Assembly (NCBI GenBank): GCA_963756875.1
Contig: CAVWPA010000003.1
Span: 1,696,001 to 1,760,000 of the forward strand
Direction: 5' to 3'
Length of the DNA: 64,000 bases
From: an uncultured Verrucomicrobiae bacterium
GTDB lineage: Bacteria; Verrucomicrobiota; Verrucomicrobiia; Chthoniobacterales; UBA10450
Positions 9,559-18,476 of the stretch are shown here, one piece after another. Positions within the stretch are counted from its first letter, which is position 1; the number at the start of each line of letters is the position of its first letter. The position numbers and the translations under genes were made by a program. The notes beneath the pieces are model-generated. The model saw nothing but the letters and a program-made list of their open reading frames with translations, ran no database searches and was not told the DNA's origin.

Positions 9559-10614
9559 ATGGTGAAGATCGACCTGCATACCCATATCCTGCCGCGCGAT
9601 TGGCCCGACCTGGATGCAAAGTACGGGTACGGCGGGTTCGTCAGGCTCGATCATTACAAGCCGTGCTGCGCGCGGATGATGATGGGCGACTCTGTTTTTC
9701 GGGAAATCACCGACAATGCCTGGGACCCGAAGCGACGCATCGAAGAGTGCGACAATGCCGGTGTTTCGATGCAAGTGCTCTCGACCGTGCCAGTGATGTT
9801 CAGTTATTGGGCAAAACCGGCCGATGGCCTCGATTTGTGCCGCCGGCTAAACGATCATATTGCAGAGATCGTTCGCGATCATCCCACCCGGTTCGCAGGT
9901 CTGGCGACAATTCCACTCCAGGATCCCGACCTAGCAGCGCGCGAACTGGAACGATCTGTGCGCGAACTGGGCCTTCGCGGCGCGGAGATCGGCACGCACG
10001 TCGATGCGAACGAGTTTTGTCGTCATCCCGATTGCCGGAACCTTGACGATCGCTCCCTCGACGTCGTCTGGAGAATGGCGGAGCAGCTCAACACCGCGAT
10101 TTTTGTTCATCCCTGGGACATGATTGGCAAACGACGAATGCCAAAATACTGGCTGCCGTGGCTGGTCGGCATGCCGGCCGAGACGTCGCTCGCGGTCTGC
10201 TCGATGATGTTCGGCGGCGTTTTCGAGCGCTTTCCCAAACTGCGCGTCGCTTTTGCACATGGTGGCGGCGCGTTCCCGGGCACGATTGGACGTATTGAAC
10301 GCGGGTTTGAGGTGCGGCCGGATTTGGTTGCGACTGACAGCAAGACGAACCCGAGAAATTATCTGGCCTGCGCCGACGGGCGAGAAATCACGCCGGCGCA
10401 TTTCTACGTCGATTCACTCGTGCATGATGCGGATGCGCTGAGAATGTTGGTGAAGTTATTTGGCGCGGAACGGGTCGCGCTCGGATCGGATTACCCATTC
10501 CCGCTGGGCGAAACGCATCCGGGAGAGCTCATCGAATCCATGGGCAGCTTTTCTCCGGAAACAAAAACGCAATTGCTTTCCGAAACCGCTCGCGAATTTC
10601 TGGGACTCGGGTAG
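9559..10614 (+). CDS. nbaD: 2-amino-3-carboxymuconate-6-semialdehyde decarboxylase (amidohydrolase)
   Basis: DLHTH, STVPVMFSYW, FVHPWDM, WLPWLVGMPAET, GSDYPFPLGE; next to nbaC. Confidence 0.93.
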   Translation: MVKIDLHTHILPRDWPDLDAKYGYGGFVRLDHYKPCCARMMMGDSVFREITDNAWDPKRRIEECDNAGVSMQVLSTVPVMFSYWAKPADGLDLCRRLNDHIAEIVRDHPTRFAGLATIPLQDPDLAARELERSVRELGLRGAEIGTHVDANEFCRHPDCRNLDDRSLDVVWRMAEQLNTAIFVHPWDMIGKRRMPKYWLPWLVGMPAETSLAVCSMMFGGVFERFPKLRVAFAHGGGAFPGTIGRIERGFEVRPDLVATDSKTNPRNYLACADGREITPAHFYVDSLVHDADALRMLVKLFGAERVALGSDYPFPLGETHPGELIESMGSFSPETKTQLLSETAREFLGLG

Positions 10615-10672
10615 GGACGCGCCTCCTGGGTGTCCGACGAATTTAGGGACGGTTTGGAAAACCGTTCCTGCC
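10610..10672. repeat. REP-like doublet overlapping nbaD stop codon
   Basis: GGTAGGGACGCGCC...TGTCC and GGACGGTTTGGAAAACCGTTCCTGCC between convergent genes. Confidence 0.55.
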
Positions 10673-10676
10673 TGCT

Positions 10677-11294
10677 TTACATCGTCCGCAAAACCGCCCG
10701 CACAGGGCTGGCGTCGAACCCGACGAGTCGCAATGGTAACGCGATCAACTCGTAAATTCCTTCCGGCACATCTTTCAACACCAGCCCTTCCAGGATGGCC
10801 ATGTTATGTCGCAAAATCGCTTTATGCGCCGGTAAATCCTTCGATTCGAACAAGTCGACACTTGGTGTATCGATTCCCACGGTGACCACGCCGCGGTCGT
10901 GAAGAAAGTCGATCAACTCGACCGATATCGCCGCAAAATCATTGTTCCAGTTCTCCGGATCGGGATATGTCTGGGTTGCGAACAAAACGCGCGGCGTTGC
11001 TACATCGTACGGCAGCATCTCTGGTGTGATTCGAGCCGTTCGCGCGACCTCAACCCGAATGACCCGACACGGTCCGAGATAATAATCGAGTTCGCGCTCA
11101 TCGATGGCAGCCGCGTCCTTGCCGTAGTGATTCGGCCCGTCCGCGTGCGCCCCGAGATGAACCGTTGCGCGCAACGTCGATAGCGTGACGTTGTCGCCGC
11201 CCGCTGTATCCATTAACACCTCCCGGCTCGGCCGCGTATCGCCGGGCCAAACCGCTAGCTTCGGCGTGATCGGCGGCGAAATATCGTAAAGCAC
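10677..11294 (-). CDS. kynB: kynurenine formamidase (cyclase family)
   Basis: WPGD, HLGAHAD, GIDTPSVD, ILEGL, DASPVRAVLR; downstream of kynA. Confidence 0.92.
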   Translation of the reverse strand: MLYDISPPITPKLAVWPGDTRPSREVLMDTAGGDNVTLSTLRATVHLGAHADGPNHYGKDAAAIDERELDYYLGPCRVIRVEVARTARITPEMLPYDVATPRVLFATQTYPDPENWNNDFAAISVELIDFLHDRGVVTVGIDTPSVDLFESKDLPAHKAILRHNMAILEGLVLKDVPEGIYELIALPLRLVGFDASPVRAVLRTM

Positions 11295-11340
11295 GGTAAT
11301 CGTTAAACGGTTGAAGCGCTAAAGCGGCAACCCGGGTACG

Positions 11341-11366
11341 CTGTGGCGGCGGCCTACGACCGTCGC
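11341..11366. repeat. single REP-like unit
   Basis: Reverse complement matches 25698-25722 at 23/25 nt. Confidence 0.65.
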
Positions 11367-11428
11367 ATTAATAATCAACGCGAACACGATCATGAGTAGA
11401 TTTCGTTCTTCGTGCTCCATCATTTAGG

Positions 11429-12214
11429 TCACATCTCATGCCTGATCGCCCACAGATCATGAAAGATTGGTTTGAACAGGGATTCCCTCAGAAACGGCAC
11501 GCCGGGCGATCCACCAGTGCCTTTCTTCGCGCCAATCGTTCGCTCGACCAGTTTGATATGCCGGTAGCGCCATTCCTGCAATCCTTCGTCGAAGTCGGTC
11601 ATCAACTCGAAAAGAATGGAACATTCCGGTGCACTGCGGTAAAGCCGCAGAATCTCCTTCTGTACCTGCTCGTCAGGGCCATTGGGTTGTGAAAGATCCC
11701 TGTTCTTCAGTTCAGTCGGAATTTTTGCACCGCGCGTTTCGAGAAAATTGTAGAAATGGTCGATAACGGTTCGTTGACCGAGCAACTGTTGGAGCCGGTC
11801 ATACTCCGGAAAATCGGGCCGAACATACTTGAGCGTCACGGCCCGTTTGTATCCCAAAACGAATTCGATTTCGCGAAACTGCACCGATTGAAAACCCGAC
11901 GCCGTCTCGAGGCGGTCGCGAAAACTGGAGAATGACGATGGCGTCATCGTTTCGAGAATATCGATCTGAGCGACGAGGACTTTCATGATTGTCCGTACCC
12001 GCTTGAAGGAATGAATCGCACCGAACAAATCGCCGGCCGAGAAATCCGTCTTCACTTTGTCGAACTCATGCAGCAGTTCCTTGAACCAGAGCTCGTAGGT
12101 TTGATGGATGATGATGAAAAGCATTTCATCATGTTCTGCCGGGCTGGAGCGCGGCTTTTGCAGCGTCAGCAGTTTCTCCAGGTCGAGATAACCGGCATAG
12201 GTGAGAGGCGGCAT
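11429..12214 (-). CDS. kynA: tryptophan 2,3-dioxygenase
   Basis: HDEMLFIIIHQTYELWFK, ASGFQSVQFRE, VERTIG..GTGGS. Confidence 0.97.
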   Translation of the reverse strand: MPPLTYAGYLDLEKLLTLQKPRSSPAEHDEMLFIIIHQTYELWFKELLHEFDKVKTDFSAGDLFGAIHSFKRVRTIMKVLVAQIDILETMTPSSFSSFRDRLETASGFQSVQFREIEFVLGYKRAVTLKYVRPDFPEYDRLQQLLGQRTVIDHFYNFLETRGAKIPTELKNRDLSQPNGPDEQVQKEILRLYRSAPECSILFELMTDFDEGLQEWRYRHIKLVERTIGAKKGTGGSPGVPFLRESLFKPIFHDLWAIRHEM

Positions 12215-12319
12215 GTCTACATGCTCTACATCAGTCGCGTGGACGTCAATGCGGATGCAGTGTTGCTCCGCCCTGGGAATGCAGGGTAACCGCTGGCGAT
12301 GCCCGGGCGCCGGCGTTCT

Positions 12320-12499
12320 CTAACTAAGGATCTCTCTGTCTACCGCGCCGTAACAGAGCCATCCGATTATCAGCCAACTCCACTGCGAATGCCGTAGCGC
12401 TTCCGCCACCTGGTGGCGCTTTTGCGCATCGTGAAAGACGTAGAAAATTCCCGCTGCGGTGACGAGTAGTTGGAGCGTGAGAATCCCGGCGCGTTTCAT
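12320..12499 (-). pseudogene. probable truncated fragment of a lysylphosphatidylglycerol-synthase TM / flippase-like gene
   Basis: 59-aa ORF read by hand: MKRAGILTLQLLVTAAGIFYVFHDAQKRHQVAEALRHSQWSWLIIGWLCYGAVDREILS; resembles the N-terminus of that family (recognition only). Confidence 0.4.
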
Positions 12500-12584
12500 C
12501 TGGGTACGCTTTTATCGTTTCCGAAAGCCGGCGTAGCTGTCGCCGTACAGGGACCAACCGTCGGAGCCGGGCGAAGGCAGGCTG

Positions 12585-13028
12585 TTATTTCAACACTGCC
12601 TGATGAAACTCGTACCAATCGTCAAGATTATTCAAATTCACCGCGTCATGCGAAGCGGAGGCGTCGTCGGCAATGCCACACGCGTTCAGAATACTTTTGC
12701 GCGTGGCGTCCTCGTGATTATAACCACGCACCGCGGCATTGTGCTTCTCGACAGCTTGCGGTGTAAGCGACTTTGCATTCTTTTTAACCCACGCTTCGAA
12801 TTGAGGGTAAGTCGGTTTGTTCTGCTTGATGTAATCTTTGACTGCCTGTTCATCGAGGCCGAGCGCAGCGCACGTCATTGCATCAAAGCCTCGCCCGATG
12901 CCGGGATAACCGGCTGCAAGTTTACCCGCTGCTTCGAGAGAGACTTTCTGCCAGAGCCGCGGAGGTTGCAGAACGCCAAGTGGCCCGGCTGTGCCGGAAC
13001 TGATCAGTGGAACGTAGGTATCGCTCAT
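12585..13028 (-). CDS. DUF5069-like hypothetical protein
   Basis: 147 aa, AGGGAG RBS upstream; GPLGVxxxPRLWQK...GY..G.GFD pattern. Confidence 0.7.
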   Translation of the reverse strand: MSDTYVPLISSGTAGPLGVLQPPRLWQKVSLEAAGKLAAGYPGIGRGFDAMTCAALGLDEQAVKDYIKQNKPTYPQFEAWVKKNAKSLTPQAVEKHNAAVRGYNHEDATRKSILNACGIADDASASHDAVNLNNLDDWYEFHQAVLK

Positions 13029-13254
13029 AATGACTCCCTTTCTTTCAAACTCGGAGCCGGTTTGTCAATAGGTGTTCCAGAGGTTGCGACTTTTACCACA
13101 GGAGCGGGCTTACAAAGCGAGTGGCGCTCGTAAAATCTGCGTAGCGCCGCCCCGTCTCACCCTCACACACAGCCCATGTGTGCCTCGGCAGGGGACGAGA
13201 CGAAAATTTTCGTAACAGGTCAAAACAATTTGATGGTTCTAAACCGCTCAAAGC

Positions 13255-13692
13255 CTAACGAGATTTCGCTTTCTTGATCACGCTGCGGATGTCCAATGTC
13301 CATGCGTTGGCGTCGTCGGGGGGTCGAAAGGACCAGCTCAGGGCAGATTTGCCGCTTCCTGCGCGCAGGCTGATCCGGTCGTGATCGCGGCGAACTTCGT
13401 AGAAGCCAGTCGAGCGCGGCGTGATCTCGACTTGCGGCTTTCCGTTCACGTGAATAAAAACGCTTTCACGGGTGACGATGATGGACGCCCGCTTCTCATC
13501 CCAACCTGAGTCGCGTTGGCCAGCAGGGCGGGTGCGGCGGAAGGTGAGATCATCGGCTCGGTGCACGATCCCTTCTTTCTCAAAGTGCGCTTGCAGTTCC
13601 GGCGAAAGCCTGCCGGTCTTCTGGCATCCGGTAGTGAGTAACGCCAGCGAACAACAGGCAGCGAATCCACTTGTTAGGAATGTATTATTCAT
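13255..13692 (-). CDS. hypothetical lipoprotein
   Basis: Lipobox-like LTTGC; starts just after kmo stop. Confidence 0.7.
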   Translation of the reverse strand: MNNTFLTSGFAACCSLALLTTGCQKTGRLSPELQAHFEKEGIVHRADDLTFRRTRPAGQRDSGWDEKRASIIVTRESVFIHVNGKPQVEITPRSTGFYEVRRDHDRISLRAGSGKSALSWSFRPPDDANAWTLDIRSVIKKAKSR

Positions 13693-13696
13693 CGCC

Positions 13697-15034
13697 TTAA
13701 ACGGTCAGTATGATTAACAACACCGCAAGTAACGTTATTGCAACAGCGAGGCCAGTGTAAACAATGCGGTCCTGCCACCTCGCGCGGAGCGCGGCCTCGG
13801 CATAAGGAATGCGCGTGAAGGTCACCATCGTATAAAGCGGCAAATAAATGCCTGGTAGCGCGGCTTCGAGGAAGTGATCGAGTTTCTTTTTCGCGCGAAA
13901 AGTGCGCGACGCGGTTTTGTCACGCATCTCAACGAAATTCTTCACAGCGAGATCGGCAAGAGCGTCGGCGTTTTCTTTTCGCCGGGAAAAATATTCGGCG
14001 AAGGCGCGTCCCCGATTGTCCGGGAATTCAGCAAGGCATTCGTCCAGGACGACGCAGTCTTCGAATGCGGCATTCATTCCCTGGCCGTAAAACGGTACGA
14101 CAGCGTGGGCCGCATCACCGACGAGCGCGACTTTATCCCGATAAAACCAAGGCGCGCAGCGAATCGTGACCAGCGATCCGGTCGGATTTTCTCGAAAATC
14201 ATCGAGCAACGTCGGCATGAGAAGCACGGCATCGGGAAACTCTTCGTCGAAGAACCGACGGACATCGTCGTCGGTTTTTATCGATTCAAAGCTGCGCGAC
14301 CCGGTGAATTCCCAGAAGAGCGTGCAGGTGAACGAGCCATCGGGGTTTGGCAGCGCAATCATCATGAAACTTTTGCGGGGCCAGATGTGAAGGGCATTTT
14401 TTTCCATTTGCCAGGAACCGTCGGGCGCGGGCGGTACGGTTAATTCTTTGTAGCCGTGGGCCAGGTAACTTTCGTCGTACTCGAAATTGTCGATTTTGCG
14501 CTGCATCGATTGGCGCACGGCGGAGAAGGCGCCATCTACGCCAATGATTGCGTCACTGCGCGCGTTGATTGTCGCTGCGGGCAAGACGCCAGTCGTTGCG
14601 GAAGAGTCAACGAGTTGCGCGGTCACGGTGTCGATATCGACGTCCGTGCAACGACGGTTGAAGAACACACGCACGTTTGGATAGCGCTGCGCGGCCTCGA
14701 TTACCGTGGTGTTGAGCGCCGCGCGCCCGATCGAGTTGATACATTTGTTCGGGTCGACGTCGTACGGCGCAAAGTGTAGATCGCCCGATCGGTCGTGAAT
14801 CATGCGGCCGCGCATCGGAATTGCGTGCTGAAGGACTTCGTCGGCTATTCCGAGTTGCTGGAGCGCGTGGATGCCGCGTGTCGAGAGAGCGAGATTGATG
14901 GAGCGTCCGCCGACAATATTGCCTTCACGTGGGTCGGCGCGTTTCTCGTAGAGATCGACATCGTACCCGCGCCGGCCGAGATAAGCCGCGAGCAGGCCGC
15001 CTGCGAGTCCGCTACCGATGAGGACGAATTTCAT
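13697..15034 (-). CDS. kmo: kynurenine 3-monooxygenase (FAD-dependent)
   Basis: GSGLAG, GRSINLALSTRG, LHIWPR, GDAAHAVVPFYGQGMN, PLYTMVTF. Confidence 0.95.
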   Translation of the reverse strand: MKFVLIGSGLAGGLLAAYLGRRGYDVDLYEKRADPREGNIVGGRSINLALSTRGIHALQQLGIADEVLQHAIPMRGRMIHDRSGDLHFAPYDVDPNKCINSIGRAALNTTVIEAAQRYPNVRVFFNRRCTDVDIDTVTAQLVDSSATTGVLPAATINARSDAIIGVDGAFSAVRQSMQRKIDNFEYDESYLAHGYKELTVPPAPDGSWQMEKNALHIWPRKSFMMIALPNPDGSFTCTLFWEFTGSRSFESIKTDDDVRRFFDEEFPDAVLLMPTLLDDFRENPTGSLVTIRCAPWFYRDKVALVGDAAHAVVPFYGQGMNAAFEDCVVLDECLAEFPDNRGRAFAEYFSRRKENADALADLAVKNFVEMRDKTASRTFRAKKKLDHFLEAALPGIYLPLYTMVTFTRIPYAEAALRARWQDRIVYTGLAVAITLLAVLLIILTV

Positions 15035-15178
15035 CGAGAAATGCTTAATCGTGGGATCCGCTTTCGTCGAGCTAGCTGCGCCAAAGGAATGGGAAGCTAA
15101 GGGCTGCGGGGGGCGAAGTAAGCGAATAGGGGGTCAGCTGGCACCACGGCTGCTTAGAAGAGCTATAATTACAATAAC

Positions 15179-15595
15179 ATGGAATTTGAACCCAACTCGG
15201 AGGCGCTCGAGCCTTACGTTAATACCCTCGAGCTGAAAGCAGTGCTGGTGGTGGACGATGACAAGCAGCTCGCCCAGGCTTTGCAATGGATCCTGGCGGA
15301 CGAAAATTTTCTGGTCGATATCGCGCACGACGGCGAGGAAGCCGCTCTGAAGGTAAAGGCACACGAGTACGACGCGGTTATCTGCGATTTAAAGATGCCG
15401 CGTCTGCGCGGTGACGAATTTTATCTCAGGGCCCGCGAGATACGCCCATCTTTAGCCGATCGCTTCATTTTTATCACGGGCTTCGCTGCGGACGCGAACA
15501 TCGCTCTTTTCCTCAATAAGCACGACGTGAAGTACCTGGTAAAGCCTTTCCCAATCCAGGTGCTGATTAACTGCGTCAGGGAACTGCTTTGCTGA
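15179..15595 (+). CDS. stand-alone response regulator receiver
   Basis: VLVVDDD, ICDLKMP, FITG, KPF. Confidence 0.92.
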   Translation: MEFEPNSEALEPYVNTLELKAVLVVDDDKQLAQALQWILADENFLVDIAHDGEEAALKVKAHEYDAVICDLKMPRLRGDEFYLRAREIRPSLADRFIFITGFAADANIALFLNKHDVKYLVKPFPIQVLINCVRELLC

Positions 15596-15663
15596 TTCGT
15601 CCGGCAGCAGCCGGACTACGGCGCGCCAGGTCTGTTTTCTTCTCGCGCTTCGGCGAACGCCCA

Positions 15664-16263
15664 CTACGCCTGTGTCTGTTTGACTGGCGTTCCGACGAGA
15701 TCGAGCCGGCCGGCATCGGCGGCGAGTGCTGCAATTACATTGGCGATCACCTCGTCCAGCGGCACACCTAGCTCCTCAGCGCCGCGCACGATGTCGTCGC
15801 GATTGACGGCCCGGGCAAACGCCTTGTCTTTCATTTTCTTTTTTACTGCCGCCACGTTCACTTCATGGATGCTTTTTGAAGGACGAACCCGTGCGACAGC
15901 GACGACAAATCCGCTCAGTTCGTCGACCGCGCAGAGAGTTCTTTCTAGCGGCGTCTCGCGCGATACATCGGCGTAATCCGCATGCGAAAGAATGGCGCGA
16001 CATACCTCTTCGCTCCAACCGTGTTCGCGAAGCCACGCTACGCCGACGAACGGATGACCTTCGCTCGGGCTGTGTTCCTGGTTTGGATGACGCTCGTAGT
16101 CCATATCGTGCAACAAGCCAACGGCTTCCCACAGGTCTGCATCCTGTCCGCGCAGTTGCGCAAAATGCTTCATCGAATCGGCAACGGCGTAACAATGTTT
16201 TCGCAGACTTTCGGATTGGACCCAGTCGTGTAGAATCGCGAGGGCGTCGGCGGCGAGAGACAT
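15664..16263 (-). CDS. HD/HDIG-domain metal-dependent hydrolase
   Basis: SLRKHC, GLLHDMDYE, AILSHA, AVDELSG, KDKAFARAVNRD. Confidence 0.9.
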   Translation of the reverse strand: MSLAADALAILHDWVQSESLRKHCYAVADSMKHFAQLRGQDADLWEAVGLLHDMDYERHPNQEHSPSEGHPFVGVAWLREHGWSEEVCRAILSHADYADVSRETPLERTLCAVDELSGFVVAVARVRPSKSIHEVNVAAVKKKMKDKAFARAVNRDDIVRGAEELGVPLDEVIANVIAALAADAGRLDLVGTPVKQTQA

Positions 16264-16347
16264 ACAGGAAAAGATTACGTGTGATCGATGGAGAAAGAAG
16301 GACAAAACGTCCGGTGTACTGAACTCCGACCGGCGAAAACAATGAGA

Positions 16348-16409
16348 TTGTAGGGCAAGCGCTTCGCTTGCCGGCAGTAAGATTGGCAGGCGGAGCGCTT
16401 GCTCTACAA
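16348..16409. repeat. REP-like inverted doublet (GTAG-led)
   Basis: TTGTAGGGCAAGCGCTTCGCTTGCC ... GGCAGGCGGAGCGCTTGCTCTACAA near-perfect inverted arms. Confidence 0.75.
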
Positions 16410-16497
16410 ACGGGGTCGGTGAGTTGGGGTAACGGGTAACCATGGTTAGATTGAAAAAGCGAATCCCTCGCCGACGAAGAAGAATGGAAACTGTTTT

Positions 16498-17313
16498 ATG
16501 AAGAACGATCGCGATTACGTCCTCGGCACGCACGATGAGGAATTGGTGAGGCTCGGCCTGCAACATCGGGTCTGGCGCCCGGCAGTTTTGGATTGCTGGC
16601 AGAAGGCGGGAATCACAACTGGCAGCAAGGTGCTCGACATCGGTGCAGGGCCGGGTTACGCGACCGTGGACCTCGCCGAAATTGTCGGGCCGAGCGGTCT
16701 GGTGGTCGCGCTCGAACGTTCGGCCAGATTCGTGCGTGCGATGGAAGAGGCGTGTCGCGCCCGTTCGCTTGCCAATGTTGCGATTAACGAGCTGGATTTG
16801 ATGACGGACGAGCTCCCCCGCGGAGAATTTGATTTTTCATGGTGCCGATGGGTGCTCTGCTTTATCTCCGATCCGGCGCTATTGATAAAAAAGATCGGCG
16901 CAGTTTTAAGGAAAGGTGGGTTGGCGATCTTTCATGAGTACGGGCATTACAGAACGTGGCGGTTCGCGCCGCGCCGGCCGAGCCTGGAAGAGTTCAGAGC
17001 GCATGTGATTGCAACCTGGCAGGAGTCGGGTGGAGAACCGGATACCGGGATGGAACTACCTGCATGGTTGACGCAGAGCGGCTTTGCCATTCGTTCGGCG
17101 ACGCCGCATATTTTTGCTCTTCGTCCCAACGACCCGATGTGGCAATGGCCGGCGGGATTCATTGAAGTCTACCTTACGCGGCTGAAGGAGCTTGGCCGAA
17201 TCGACGACGTCTTCGCCGACAAGGCCCGCGCGGAATTGCGTGAGGCCGAAACGAGTGAGAATTCGCTGGTGCTTACGCCACTGGTGCTGGAAATCGTTGC
17301 CGAAAAGCTATAG
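16498..17313 (+). CDS. class I SAM-dependent methyltransferase
   Basis: VLDIGAGPG motif I; FDFSWCRWVL. Confidence 0.92.
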   Translation: MKNDRDYVLGTHDEELVRLGLQHRVWRPAVLDCWQKAGITTGSKVLDIGAGPGYATVDLAEIVGPSGLVVALERSARFVRAMEEACRARSLANVAINELDLMTDELPRGEFDFSWCRWVLCFISDPALLIKKIGAVLRKGGLAIFHEYGHYRTWRFAPRRPSLEEFRAHVIATWQESGGEPDTGMELPAWLTQSGFAIRSATPHIFALRPNDPMWQWPAGFIEVYLTRLKELGRIDDVFADKARAELREAETSENSLVLTPLVLEIVAEKL

Positions 17314-17352
17314 CGGTTCAGCTCTCATCCGGTCACCCGGTTTCTGACGACA

Positions 17353-18417
17353 ATGGAGAAATTGAATCTGGGAATCATCGGCACTGGCTGGCCGGGCCAG
17401 ATGCATGCCGAAGCCATCCGCGCGATTCAGGAAGCGAATGTTTATGCCTGTGCGGATGTTGATGAGGCGCGTCGCCGCGCGTTCGAAGAGAGCTATGTGC
17501 CGGAGAAGGCTTATTGCAATTACGAGGAACTCTTAACGGACTCGCGGGTGGAGGCTGTGATCGTGTGTTTGCCAAATTTTCTGCATTTTCCAGCGACGCT
17601 CGCGGCGCTCGAAGCGGGAAAACACGTTCTCTGCGAGAAACCGCCTACATTGAACGCGGCGGAAATGAAGGTGCTGCGCGAAGAAGCAAAAAAAAGGGGC
17701 CTCATTTATTGTTTCAGCCGGCAGGGTCGCTTTACACCGGCGATGCGGATGGCGCGAAGTTTCATCACAGAGGGCCGGCTCGGTCGGATTTATCACGCCA
17801 CAGCGACGTTTGTACGGTCGCGCGGGATACCGGCAGGAATGGGTAATTGGTTCACGGAAAAACAGCGCTCTGGTGGCGGCGCGTTGATCGATATCGGGAT
17901 TCATGCGCTCGATTCGGTTTGGTATCTCCTGGGAACGCCGAGACCGGTATCCGTCAGCGCGCAAGTGTTTCAAAACTTCGCGCACCTTGCGGGTGTCCCG
18001 GTGTTCGACGTAGAGGACGCTGCGTACGCTTTCATCCGATTTGAAAACCACGTTGTCGTGCAATTGGAAACCGCGTGGGCTGGAAATCTGACCGATGAGA
18101 TTCCGCCTCGGCAGTATTTTGGGCGGGAGCTGGTCAATTCGACGGTATTTGGAACGAAAGCGACGATTCGCCTCAATCCGTTCGCCCTTTTTGAAGATCA
18201 AAACGGCGTGCTTGTCGATGTGCCTTTGGAGGTGAAAGCAGGCGGGCCGAATGGCTTCGAGTTGCAGTTGCGTAATTTTCTCGCCTCGGTCCAGGGAAAT
18301 GCCAGGCCGGTCAATGATGCCGATCAGGCTGTTGCGCTGATGGAAATGCTGGATGCGATTTATGCGTCGAGCGCGGCGGGCCGCGAAATACCGATTGTCG
18401 ACCTTAGCAAAAATTAG
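17353..18417 (+). CDS. Gfo/Idh/MocA oxidoreductase
   Basis: GIIGTG, GKHVLCEKP, GGGALIDIGIH. Confidence 0.93.
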   Translation: MEKLNLGIIGTGWPGQMHAEAIRAIQEANVYACADVDEARRRAFEESYVPEKAYCNYEELLTDSRVEAVIVCLPNFLHFPATLAALEAGKHVLCEKPPTLNAAEMKVLREEAKKRGLIYCFSRQGRFTPAMRMARSFITEGRLGRIYHATATFVRSRGIPAGMGNWFTEKQRSGGGALIDIGIHALDSVWYLLGTPRPVSVSAQVFQNFAHLAGVPVFDVEDAAYAFIRFENHVVVQLETAWAGNLTDEIPPRQYFGRELVNSTVFGTKATIRLNPFALFEDQNGVLVDVPLEVKAGGPNGFELQLRNFLASVQGNARPVNDADQAVALMEMLDAIYASSAAGREIPIVDLSKN

Positions 18418-18476
18418 GCTTTTTAATACATCTACCGCAAGCAATTGCGGCAAGCGTATTGGGCGCTTTGGAAACG

